Part shown: piece by piece, positions 10,311-19,194 of the stretch | Layout of the letters: every line of letters begins with the position of its first letter | How positions within the stretch are numbered: the stretch's first letter is position 1 | NCBI GenBank assembly: GCA_965242865.1 | Contig: CBDETK010000013.1 | Span: forward strand, 2,272,001-2,336,000 | Length of the DNA: 64,000 nt | Source: Candidatus Latescibacterota bacterium | GTDB lineage: Bacteria; Latescibacterota; UBA2968; UBA8231 | Direction of reading: 5' to 3' | Program-made: the position numbers and the translations under genes | Notes under the pieces: model-generated | What the model was told of the DNA's origin: nothing | What the model saw: only the letters and a program-made list of their open reading frames with translations | Database searches by the model: none

Positions 10311-10832
10311 TTATAACCTCTCCGGTGCTCCGAGTTTCTCGAGGCGCTCAACCCACGCCTTAAAGTGAGGACACTTGGAGCAGATATTCTCCAAGCCAAT
10401 CTGTTCGGCCATCTGTGGTCCTACCGTTGTTTTCGAGGATTCGTATTCGGGAAATTGGGCGATGATCCGCTTCGATGGAGCCGTGTGTTGCCCGTCGTCG
10501 ATCCGTTCTGGGGGCTGGACATCATGCAAAGCGGAAATTTGGGAATCGGCATTGTCAAAGAAGAAAGCGAACAGGGATACATCACAAAACAAATACGCTT
10601 CAAATTCATGCAACTGAATGACCGACTCCTGCTTGAGACGGCAGTTGATGTCGTTTTGCATCGCTGGGAAATTTCTTCCTCCGCCGCGATGAATTCTTCC
10701 CCTCCTTCGGGAGTGTGCAATCAAGGTCGGCTTCTGCATATAGACGCCGAAATTCGCCAGATGCGGCTTCAAGACCGTATCGGCAAACGTCTGTTCGGTT
10801 AAACCTTCGACGAAGAGAGAAAGCCGCGCCAT
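10311..10832 (-). pseudogene. DUF4276 family protein (TOPRIM-like partner of ABC ATPase) with apparent in-frame internal deletion
   Basis: VEGLTEQTF, QLHEFEAYLF, TAPSKRI, CPHFKAW; ATG overlaps ATPase stop; central acidic segment appears to be missing at KQES|VIQLHE. Confidence 0.7.
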
Positions 10833-11932
10833 CAGTGCGGCCCTCCGCCGATGACGTTTTTCTCCCAGATTTCCCCAAGCGAGTAGTCCTTCAACCATGT
10901 GTTGAGCTTTTCGGCCTCTAGCCGGTTGAACTCCGTAGCTGCATTCTTTAACTCAACGACCACGATGTCCTCCGGCTCAAAGCTATCGAGAAACGCGCTG
11001 GACTGGGTGCTGACGAGAACCTGCGTATGGTGGCTTGCAGCGCGAATCAGCGAGGCAATCACACTGAGCGCGTAAGGGTGTAATCCGAGTTCCGGTTCAT
11101 CCACCACAATCAGATAGGGGAGATTTCCCTTGGGCTGTAATAACAGCGAAATCAGGCAGATGGCCCGCAGTGTGCCGTCCGAGAGTTGATGGGGGCCAAA
11201 AACGAGATCGGACTCGCAATGCCGCCAGTTGAGAATGATGTCTTTAGAATCGGTCGGCTCCAAATCAAAGTCTGCAAAGAACGGTGCCACCTGCCGAATG
11301 GTCCGCACGATCCGGCGATACACCGTTTCTTTGCGGGACTTGAGTTCATGTAGGATCGCGGCCAAATTCGCCGCATCGGGCATCAGCCAGCGATTGTCGC
11401 CGACGTAACAATACTGCCGGACTCTCGAAGCCGGCGAGGTATCGTGGAAGTGATAGACGCGACAGCGGTTCAGCAAATGCCTGAGTGCTTTTGCCGTCGG
11501 TTCGTCCTTTTCAGCCTCGTCGCCAATCCGCGTTTCCTGATGGCCTACCCCCAGCGATACGACCTTGGGGCGCGGAAAATTTGTTTGCTGGAAGGAAAGC
11601 GTCTCTTCGGCAAAAATCATCGAATCACCGGCCGCGTGAAACAGCCGCATCCGATAGGTGTCTGTTCCATTCTCTACCTCAAACGCCAGCTCCGCTTCCA
11701 ATTGAGGAGTTATCCTCGGGCCAAAATGCAGATTGGCCGTGGCCCGTCCGGTCGCCCCAATATGCTGCTGAAGCCGTCCGCCCATTAATTCATTTACTAG
11801 CTTGAAGAAGGCAATCAGATTGCTCTTACCCGCTCCATTGGCCCCGATCAAAACATTGAGCGGCCTAAGTTCCAGCGTCATTTCTTTGATGGACCGAAAG
11901 CCCCTGATCCTGATATTCTTCAATGTTGGCAT
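10832..11932 (-). CDS. ABC-type (AAA_21/AAA_15) ATPase
   Basis: GFRSI, Walker A GANGAGKS, signature LSDGT, Walker B VDEPELGLHP, STQS, SLGEIWEKNVIGG. Confidence 0.9.
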   Translation of the reverse strand: MPTLKNIRIRGFRSIKEMTLELRPLNVLIGANGAGKSNLIAFFKLVNELMGGRLQQHIGATGRATANLHFGPRITPQLEAELAFEVENGTDTYRMRLFHAAGDSMIFAEETLSFQQTNFPRPKVVSLGVGHQETRIGDEAEKDEPTAKALRHLLNRCRVYHFHDTSPASRVRQYCYVGDNRWLMPDAANLAAILHELKSRKETVYRRIVRTIRQVAPFFADFDLEPTDSKDIILNWRHCESDLVFGPHQLSDGTLRAICLISLLLQPKGNLPYLIVVDEPELGLHPYALSVIASLIRAASHHTQVLVSTQSSAFLDSFEPEDIVVVELKNAATEFNRLEAEKLNTWLKDYSLGEIWEKNVIGGGPH

Positions 11933-12077
11933 ATTACTTCCTCGCGGTTGTGAAGGTTCAATCGCAGCGGTTCGTCGTGCCCTCGTTTCGTCATCATTTA
12001 TATTATGGCCTAAAGAAGGCCCCTCCCACCGGCGATGCAAGCGAGGAGGCGGGGCTAGACGACGGACGTGAGAGAGC

Positions 12078-13271
12078 ATGGAGCAACGCCTAATGGAAAA
12101 GTTAATCGCCGCGGTTGACCGAGAATGGGTGGCCGAGCGGACCCGGGAATTGGTCGATGTTTACAGCGTAACCATGGCCGAAGCCGAAGTGTGCCGCGTC
12201 TATGAGGACATGATGCGCGAGGTCGGCTTGGCGGTTGATGTGCGAGAAGTCACCCCGGGGCGCAACAACCTCTACGCGCGCATCGCGGGCCGAGGGGATG
12301 GTCCCGCGCTGATGCTCAACGGTCATCTCGACACCATTCCCGTGGGAGCCTGCCCGCCCGCTCGGCGCGAAGGCAACCGCGTGTACGGACGGGGCGCGAC
12401 CGACATGAAGGGGGGCATGGCCGCGGCCTTGGGCGCGGTCAAGGCGCTCTTGGAAAGCGGGGTGGAACTGCGGGGCGACTTGTGGCTGACGGCCATTGTG
12501 GGGCACGAGGAGATCGAGGCGCGCAAGGACGGGCCGCTGGCCCTAATCGCAGATCGCAACGGCGGCCGGATCGGCGGCGACCGAATTTTGATCGTCGAGG
12601 GCCGCGACGCGCTGTGGGTGATGAGCATGGGGTCCATGGTCTTTACCATCGCGCTCGAATCGGCCGCCGGCGGCCAGCACACCCAGTACGTGCCCTTTGC
12701 GGAGAACCCGCTCCGCTTTGTGGGGGCGCTCATCGAGCAAATCTACCAGTGTCAACGCGCACTCAACGCCGGGCCAGCACATGCGCTAGCCGGCGCCGAG
12801 CGAATCGACTTGGGCATGGTGGCCGGGGGCGATTACTTCAATCGCACGCCCCTGTGCTGTACGCTGACGGGAACTCGGCGTTGGCTGCCGGGGCGCACCG
12901 CGCCGGAGGTATTGGCGGAGTTGGAAGCGCTGGCGCGGCCAGTGGCCGAGGCGGGAAGGTTGGGCCTGCGGGTCGAGATGGAGCACGAGCGCGAGCCTTT
13001 TGAGACGCCGGCCGACGATGCGGCCGTGCAAGCGGTGGGCCGAGCGCACCAGCAGGTGACCGGCCAAGCGGCCGAGCTCGTGGGGATGCGGATTGTGGGG
13101 GACGCCAATTTGTACGTGCATGGGACGGGGGTGCCGACCTTTTACTATGGCCCCTCAAACGAGACGGCGCACGCGGATGTGGAGTGGGTAGAGGTGGACC
13201 GGCTGGAAAGGGCGGCGCAAGTGTACGCGCTGGCCGCCGCCGAGTACTGCGTCGTCGCATCCCCGGATTGA
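12078..13271 (+). CDS. M20 family metallopeptidase (ArgE/DapE-like)
   Basis: NGHLDTI, GRGATDMKGG, HEE, AHADVEWV. Confidence 0.85.
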   Translation: MEQRLMEKLIAAVDREWVAERTRELVDVYSVTMAEAEVCRVYEDMMREVGLAVDVREVTPGRNNLYARIAGRGDGPALMLNGHLDTIPVGACPPARREGNRVYGRGATDMKGGMAAALGAVKALLESGVELRGDLWLTAIVGHEEIEARKDGPLALIADRNGGRIGGDRILIVEGRDALWVMSMGSMVFTIALESAAGGQHTQYVPFAENPLRFVGALIEQIYQCQRALNAGPAHALAGAERIDLGMVAGGDYFNRTPLCCTLTGTRRWLPGRTAPEVLAELEALARPVAEAGRLGLRVEMEHEREPFETPADDAAVQAVGRAHQQVTGQAAELVGMRIVGDANLYVHGTGVPTFYYGPSNETAHADVEWVEVDRLERAAQVYALAAAEYCVVASPD

Positions 13272-13276
13272 ATGCT

Positions 13277-14440
13277 ATGGATGTCCAAGCGATTCGCCGC
13301 GACTTCCCCGCGCTAGACCAGTACACTTGGTTCCAGAATGGCGGGGTGAGCATCACGCCGAGGCCGGTGGCCGCCGAGTACGCGCGGTGGACGGAAGAGA
13401 CGGTGCGGCGGGGGCCTTTGCACATCGTCTATCCAGAAGAGGAGTATCCGCGGCGCAAGGCGGCCATGGACCAGCTCGCGCGGTTTTTTGGGGTGGCGGC
13501 TAGAGAGCTGGCCTTGATGCGAGGAGTCAGCGAGGGGTTTCAGACGGTGGTGCGGGGGATGGACTGGGCGGCTGGAGACGAGATCGTGATCAGCGCGGAC
13601 GAGGAAGCGGCCCTGCTTTTGCCAGCCCTGCACTTGCGGGATGTGCATGGGGTCGAGGTGGTCCGGGTGCCGCTAATTGACGACGACGCTGGACAGGTGC
13701 AGGCCGTGGCGGAGCGGCTGGGGGCGCGGACCAAGCTGGTGGCCCTGAGCCACGTGACGACGGACTTGGGATTCCGCTTACCAGTAGAGCGGATTTGCGC
13801 TGCGGCACGGGCGCGAGGGGTGCGTAGCTTTGTGGATCTGGCGCATTCGGCCGGGCTGTATCCTTTGGACTTGCACGCGCTCGGATGCGACTTTGCCGGT
13901 TTGCTCTCCTACAAGTGGATGTACGCGCCGTATGCGGCGGGGTTGCTCTACGTGCGGCCGGAGGCCCTCGACGCGGTGCAGGTGCGCTATGCCGGCGGCC
14001 GGGCCGAGCAGTGGTTGGACCCGGCGGCGGGCACCTTCGCGCTGCACGAGACAGCCGAGCGCTTTCAGTACGGTCCTTGGTGCTGGCCGCTGGTGCTGGC
14101 TTGGGCTGGTGCGGTCGAGTACTTGTCGGCCATCGGGCTGGAGGCGATCTGGGCGCGGACCGTGGCGTTGGCCGAGCGGCTGAAGGAGGGGCTGGCGCAA
14201 CTTCCGGGCGCGGTGCTCTACACGCCGCGCTCCCCCCAGCGGTCGGCCGCGCTGGTCAGCTTTGGGCTGGCCGGCTGGAAGGGGGAGGAACTAAGCCGCG
14301 TCCTTCGATCAGAGTGGAACATGGTGATCAAGCCGCTGCCGCACGGGCGCGAAGGGTTGCGCGCCAGCATTGCCTTTTTCTTGCTAGAAGCCGAAATCGA
14401 CGCGCTGCTCGCGGCACTGGGCCGCTTGCAAAGGAACTAG
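13277..14440 (+). CDS. Class V PLP-dependent aminotransferase (cysteine desulfurase/isopenicillin epimerase-like)
   Basis: IRRDFPAL, SHVTTDLG, VDLAHSAG, SYKWMYAP, LRASIAFF. Confidence 0.85.
   Translation: MDVQAIRRDFPALDQYTWFQNGGVSITPRPVAAEYARWTEETVRRGPLHIVYPEEEYPRRKAAMDQLARFFGVAARELALMRGVSEGFQTVVRGMDWAAGDEIVISADEEAALLLPALHLRDVHGVEVVRVPLIDDDAGQVQAVAERLGARTKLVALSHVTTDLGFRLPVERICAAARARGVRSFVDLAHSAGLYPLDLHALGCDFAGLLSYKWMYAPYAAGLLYVRPEALDAVQVRYAGGRAEQWLDPAAGTFALHETAERFQYGPWCWPLVLAWAGAVEYLSAIGLEAIWARTVALAERLKEGLAQLPGAVLYTPRSPQRSAALVSFGLAGWKGEELSRVLRSEWNMVIKPLPHGREGLRASIAFFLLEAEIDALLAALGRLQRN
14345..14428 (+). repeat. Direct repeat copy 1 (3' end of aminotransferase gene)
   Basis: gggcgcga..ttgcgcg..cattgcctttttctt..ccgaaat.gacg..tgctcgcggca.tgggccgcttg is also present at 15782-15867. 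Confidence 0.8.
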
Positions 14441-14445
14441 ATAAG

Positions 14446-15738
14446 ATGACCATCGACGAGCTGCTTGACGACGCGCAACAATTCTGGCGGACCGTCCACG
14501 CCGAGGCATTGATCCCGGAGCTTGGGGTACAGGTGGCCGCGGTTCTCGTCGCGCTGGTGATCGGCCTAGTGATCCGAAACCGGGTCCGCGGGTTTGCGGC
14601 TGAGCCGAACGCCGGGCCGCTGAGCTACCTGCGTACCATGCTCTACCGGACGCGCAATCTAGCCGCTCCCGCGCTCAGTGTGCTGCTGTTGGGCGTCGCG
14701 ATTGAGATCTGCGTCGCGTCCGTGGGCCAGAGTTGGCTGGTCCGAATGGCCCAAAGCGTTGCGGTGGTCGTGCTCCTCTATCGCGTCGTCGCAAATTTTG
14801 TTGGGAATCCGCTCGTTGCCGCTCTGTTCAGGTGGCTCGTGATCCCCGTGGCGACGCTTCGCGTCTTAGGTTGGCTCGATGAAGTCAGTGCGTGGCTCGA
14901 TGCGGTTTCCCTCGATATTGGTAGCATCCGAATTTCTCTGCTCGCGCTCGGGCGCACCTTGATTGCGGGCGGGGTGCTGTTTTGGCTCGGCAGCCTCTTA
15001 AACGCATTTGGCAAGGAAGCCATTCGCAACCTGCACACGCTGGGGGTCGGTACGCGTGAGTTGGTCATCAAGTTGTTCCAAATCGGACTGTATGCCGGTA
15101 TCTTCCTGCTGCTGCTTGGGGCGATGGGTATCAATCTCACCGCGCTCGCGGTGTTTGGCGGCGCACTGGGCATCGGGCTTGGGTTCGGCCTGCAAAAGAT
15201 CGCCGCGAATTTTATCTCTGGAATCATCATTCTCTTTGACCGCTCGATCGTACCCGGCGACTACATTGGGTTTGACGACGGACGCGCCGGGACGCTGCGC
15301 GAACTGAATATGCGGTCGGCAACGCTGGAGACCTTTGACGGCAAGGACATCATCATTCCGAATGAACAGTTCATCACGCTGTCCTTTGTCAACTGGACTC
15401 ATAACAAAAAAAAACAGCGCTACTCTCTTGAATTTTCAGTGGCCTATAAGACGGATCTGCGTGCCGTGCTCCAGCTCGTGAAGGAGGCTGTCGCCCGGCA
15501 CCCCAAGGTGCTGTCTGGACCGGAGTTGCCCATTGAGGAGCAGCCGGACGCGGAAATCAGCAGCTTCGGCGATTCGGGCGTCAACATCCTAGTTGAGTTT
15601 TGGATGCTCGGGATTGATGACGGGAAAAACCGAGTCCGCGCCGATTTGCTCCTTATGATTTGGGACGTACTAAAAGAGAACGCCATTGAAATTCCGTTCC
15701 CGCAACGCGACGTCCGGATTGTCCGCGCCGAGCCGTAG
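14446..15738 (+). CDS. Small-conductance mechanosensitive channel (MscS family)
   Basis: GIGLGFGLQKIAANFISGIIIL, IPNEQF, FGDSG, IEIPFPQRDV; several TM helices. Confidence 0.9.
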   Translation: MTIDELLDDAQQFWRTVHAEALIPELGVQVAAVLVALVIGLVIRNRVRGFAAEPNAGPLSYLRTMLYRTRNLAAPALSVLLLGVAIEICVASVGQSWLVRMAQSVAVVVLLYRVVANFVGNPLVAALFRWLVIPVATLRVLGWLDEVSAWLDAVSLDIGSIRISLLALGRTLIAGGVLFWLGSLLNAFGKEAIRNLHTLGVGTRELVIKLFQIGLYAGIFLLLLGAMGINLTALAVFGGALGIGLGFGLQKIAANFISGIIILFDRSIVPGDYIGFDDGRAGTLRELNMRSATLETFDGKDIIIPNEQFITLSFVNWTHNKKKQRYSLEFSVAYKTDLRAVLQLVKEAVARHPKVLSGPELPIEEQPDAEISSFGDSGVNILVEFWMLGIDDGKNRVRADLLLMIWDVLKENAIEIPFPQRDVRIVRAEP

Positions 15739-15781
15739 GGCGTCCTCAGAGGCGTTACCTCGCTTAAATGCCTTGGCTCCT

Positions 15782-15867
15782 GGGCGCGAGAGCTTGCGCG
15801 TCCGCATTGCCTTTTTCTTTTATTTACTACCGAAATTGACGAGTTGCTCGCGGCATTGGGCCGCTTG
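15782..15867 (+). repeat. Direct repeat copy 2: degenerate duplicate of aminotransferase 3' end
   Basis: Imperfect, frameshifted copy of 14345-14428 on the other side of mscS. Confidence 0.8.
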
Positions 15868-15890
15868 GCCGAGAGGAGAAAGCAGACGCG

Positions 15891-16367
15891 ATGACAGATA
15901 CGCACAATAGTAATGGCAAGCCCTCGCGCCGTTCTTGGCTGGCGTCGGTGCTCATGGGCGTCGGCTTGCTGGCCAGTTACGGCACCTTGGCCGGTCAGAC
16001 CCTGAGTTTCCTTTTGCCGACCGGATTGGCCAAACGCAAGCGTCGGATCTTCGTCGGGCCGGTCGCGGCTTTCCCGACGGACGCCGTGCGCCCCATCCGC
16101 GATCTCAAAGGCGACGAAGTGCTGGTCCGGCGCACGAAGGACGGCTTTCGGGCCTTTAGTTCAACCTGTCCTCACTTGGGATGCAAGGTGCGCTGGGAGG
16201 CCGACGCGGCGCGTTTTTTCTGCCCCTGCCACAACGGCGTTTTTAACGCCGACGGCGTCGCGGTCTCGGGGCCGCCGGCCGATGCCGGGCAAAACCTCTA
16301 TCCGGCGCCGCTAATTGTCGATGACAAAAATCAGGTGGTCTATCTGGAGGTCGATGCGCCCGGATGA
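15891..16367 (+). CDS. Rieske 2Fe-2S subunit of a Rieske/cytochrome b complex
   Basis: Tat-like SRRSWL + TM; CPHLGC and CPCHNG boxes; GPP. Confidence 0.9.
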   Translation: MTDTHNSNGKPSRRSWLASVLMGVGLLASYGTLAGQTLSFLLPTGLAKRKRRIFVGPVAAFPTDAVRPIRDLKGDEVLVRRTKDGFRAFSSTCPHLGCKVRWEADAARFFCPCHNGVFNADGVAVSGPPADAGQNLYPAPLIVDDKNQVVYLEVDAPG

Positions 16368-17449
16368 GTGCGCCGAGCGATAGAGCCTCTACCGGCGCGC
16401 GGCGCTGGAGCGAGCTGCTGCCGATTGACTGGGAATGGGTGCGTCATGCCGGGGCCGAGCCAGTGCCCTATCACCTCAAGAAGTGGTGGTTCTGTCTGGG
16501 GGGCACGGTGGCGTACCTGTTTATCGTGCAGGTGCTCACTGGCATCGCGCTGACGTTCTACTACGTGCCCTCGCCCGAAGAAGCGTACGCCAGCGTCGAG
16601 ACGATCACGCGCGACGTGCGCTTTGGCTGGTACATCCGCTCGCTGCACAAGTGGGCGGCCAATCTCATGATCGTCGCCGTGTTCCTGCACCTGCTGCGCG
16701 TTTACTTCACCGCTTCGTACCGGCACCCGCGCCAGCTAAACTGGATGGTGGGCATCGGCCTGCTGCTGACGACGCTCGCGTTCGGGTTCACCGGGTACTC
16801 GCTCATCTACGAGCAACTCAGCTTTTGGGGGGCGACGGTCGCGGCCAACTTGGTTGAAGCGCTGCCCCTCGTGGGGACGGTCGCGGCACACCTGTTGCGC
16901 GGCGGCGAGGCCATCGGGGCGAATACGCTGACGCGGTTTTTCATCCTCCACATCGGCGTGCTGCCCACCATGGCCTTCGCGCTCGTCGGGCTGCACATCG
17001 CGTTGGTGCGAACGCAGGGGGTCACCGAGCAGGTTTTCGACGACGAGGACGCCCGAGCCGAGGGACGCTTCTTTCGCTTCTGGCCCGACCACGCCACGAC
17101 CGAATTGCTAATCGGCGTGTTGCTGATGTACGTGCTGACCGTATTGGCGCTGATTTTTCCGGCCGGCCTCGGCGAACCGGCCAATCCCACGCAAACCCCA
17201 GCCCACATCAAACCGGAGTGGTATTTCTACTTTAGCTTTCGCCTACTCAAGCTGACTTCGCTGCGGCTCAGCGTGTTGCTGATGACGGCCGGGCTAGTGG
17301 TGCTTTTGTTCTGGCCGTTCATCGAAAGCTATCTGCAACGGCGCTTGCGCTTTTCGGACACGGCCTCGGTGTGTCTGGGCGTCATCGCGTTTCTCGGCTT
17401 TCTCGCGCTGACCGTGTGGGAGAGCCTCGATCCCGGCCCCACACCCTGA
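16364..17449 (+). CDS. Cytochrome b (unsplit b6 + subunit IV-like)
   Basis: WWFCLGG, RSLHKW..FLHL, TGYSL, SFWGATV, FILH..GLHI, KPEWYF; ATGA overlap with Rieske gene. Confidence 0.9.
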   Translation: MSAPSDRASTGARRWSELLPIDWEWVRHAGAEPVPYHLKKWWFCLGGTVAYLFIVQVLTGIALTFYYVPSPEEAYASVETITRDVRFGWYIRSLHKWAANLMIVAVFLHLLRVYFTASYRHPRQLNWMVGIGLLLTTLAFGFTGYSLIYEQLSFWGATVAANLVEALPLVGTVAAHLLRGGEAIGANTLTRFFILHIGVLPTMAFALVGLHIALVRTQGVTEQVFDDEDARAEGRFFRFWPDHATTELLIGVLLMYVLTVLALIFPAGLGEPANPTQTPAHIKPEWYFYFSFRLLKLTSLRLSVLLMTAGLVVLLFWPFIESYLQRRLRFSDTASVCLGVIAFLGFLALTVWESLDPGPTP

Positions 17450-17491
17450 GTGGGCACTGGCACTGGACCTAAAATCGGGAGGGTTGCTCAA

Positions 17492-19087
17492 ATGACACTG
17501 ACGGCTAAGCGCTACATCGTGGCGGTGCTTTCGTTTTTGTTCTTGCTGTCGCTGCTCGTGGTTGCCTACCACGAGTCGAGAATGGCCCGCGAGGAGGAGG
17601 ACCCCGGCCCCGTGGTCAAGCAGTCGAGCGCGGCCTGCGTGTCCTGTCATCGCCAAGATAGCCCGGCGTTGGTGATGGAGTGGGAGGAATCGCGCCACGC
17701 CGAATTGGGGGTGGGCTGCTTCGATTGCCACGCGGCCAACAGCACCGACGAGGACGCGTGGAAGCACGAAGGGGTTTGGGTCTCGGCGCTGGTGACGCCC
17801 AAGGACTGCGCCACCTGCCACGTCCGCGAGTTTGAGCAGTTTTCGGTGAGCCACCACGCCCGCGCCGGCGAAATTTTGGCCAGTCTCGACAACGTGCTCG
17901 CCGAGAAAGCGGCCGGCCTACCGGACAACATCGCCGACGCGGTCAACGGCTGTTGGCAGTGCCATGGCAGCATCGTGCGCTTTGAGCGCGACGAAGCGGG
18001 CGAGATCGTGCGCACCGGCAAGGAGAACAAGCCGGTCATCGATGCCGACACTTGGCCCAACAGCGGCATGGGGCGGCTCAATCCCGACGGCTCAAAAGGG
18101 TCGTGCCACGCCTGCCACTCGCGCCACGCCTTCCAAGCCAAGCTGTCGCGCGGCCCGGAAAACTGCGGCAAGTGCCACATGGGGCCTGACCACCCGCAGA
18201 TCGAGATTTACAACGAGTCCAAGCACGGCATTGCCTTCTACGCCAACCGCGACCGCATGGCGCTGGACAAGGACGGCGACTGGGTCCTCGGCCGCGACTA
18301 CTCGGCCGCCCCGACGTGCGCCACCTGTCACATCAGCAGCTACATGACGCCGCAGGGCGTGTACGAAGCCAACAGCCACGACGTGGGCGAGCGCATTAGC
18401 TGGACCTTGCGACCGATTATTAGCACCAAACAGAATCTGGTAATTTTCGCGGATGGCTTTAGGGAAGACTATCCCGATACGCGGGCCTTGCCCGACTCCG
18501 GGGAGGTCGTCGAGACGGTCGAGAAGGTCGTGGAGAACGAACAACTCGTCAGCCAGACGGTTCCGCGGGTGGTCCAAAAAATCGTCACTTGGCAGGAGCG
18601 GCGCGAGAAGATGAAAGGGGCCTGTCTCAACTGCCACAGCGACACGTACGTCGATAATTTCTACAAGCAGTTCGACGACTTGGTCGTCCTTTACAACGAG
18701 AAGTTCGCCCGGCCGGCCAAGCTTATGATGGACGAGCTCAAGGCCGACGGGGTATTAAAGCCGGACGCTCCGTTTGAACACGAGGTCCAGTGGGTGTTCT
18801 GGGAGCTTTGGCATCACGAAGGCCGCCGCGCCCGCCACGGCGCCAGCATGATGGGCCCGGACTACACGCATTGGCACGGCATGTACGAAGTGGCCAAGCA
18901 CTACTACGTGAAGTTCCTGCCAGCCGTGGTCAAAGCGGCCGCGAGCAAGAGCGAGGCTATGGAGCACAAGTACCACGCCAAGGTGGAGGCGTTGCTGGCC
19001 GAGGAAGAGCACGCTTGGATGAAGGGGCTCGATCCCAAAGAGGCCGAAGCCCTCCGGGCGATGTACCGGGATCGCTACAACCAGTAG
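17492..19087 (+). CDS. Octaheme cytochrome c, hydroxylamine oxidoreductase (HAO) family, epsilonHao-like
   Basis: Eight CxxCH motifs; CGKCHMGPDHPQIEIYNESKHG; ARHGASMMGPDYTHWHG; N-terminal TM anchor; GGGAGG RBS. Confidence 0.9.
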   Translation: MTLTAKRYIVAVLSFLFLLSLLVVAYHESRMAREEEDPGPVVKQSSAACVSCHRQDSPALVMEWEESRHAELGVGCFDCHAANSTDEDAWKHEGVWVSALVTPKDCATCHVREFEQFSVSHHARAGEILASLDNVLAEKAAGLPDNIADAVNGCWQCHGSIVRFERDEAGEIVRTGKENKPVIDADTWPNSGMGRLNPDGSKGSCHACHSRHAFQAKLSRGPENCGKCHMGPDHPQIEIYNESKHGIAFYANRDRMALDKDGDWVLGRDYSAAPTCATCHISSYMTPQGVYEANSHDVGERISWTLRPIISTKQNLVIFADGFREDYPDTRALPDSGEVVETVEKVVENEQLVSQTVPRVVQKIVTWQERREKMKGACLNCHSDTYVDNFYKQFDDLVVLYNEKFARPAKLMMDELKADGVLKPDAPFEHEVQWVFWELWHHEGRRARHGASMMGPDYTHWHGMYEVAKHYYVKFLPAVVKAAASKSEAMEHKYHAKVEALLAEEEHAWMKGLDPKEAEALRAMYRDRYNQ

Positions 19088-19194
19088 GCGGCCCTCGTTT
19101 TGTCTGCTCCTCAGTACGCGACCGCAGCGACCCGCCTGCCGAGGATCGAGGGCATCTTGCCCTCGGTCCCAGACTCATTGCAAAGGAGAAATCC

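Noticed and set aside
4642-12075. GTGAGAG at both island edges (4642, 12069) as att/target duplication
   Set aside because: Only 7 bp, expected by chance, and no integrase nearby.
17492-19087. Evidence for ammonia oxidation or anammox
   Set aside because: The cross-link Tyr position appears to be Trp, and there are no amo, cycAB or hzs genes in the window.
19148-19166. Hairpin cgagggca-tct-tgccctcg after the HAO gene as a terminator or riboswitch
   Set aside because: No U-tract and no recognisable aptamer.
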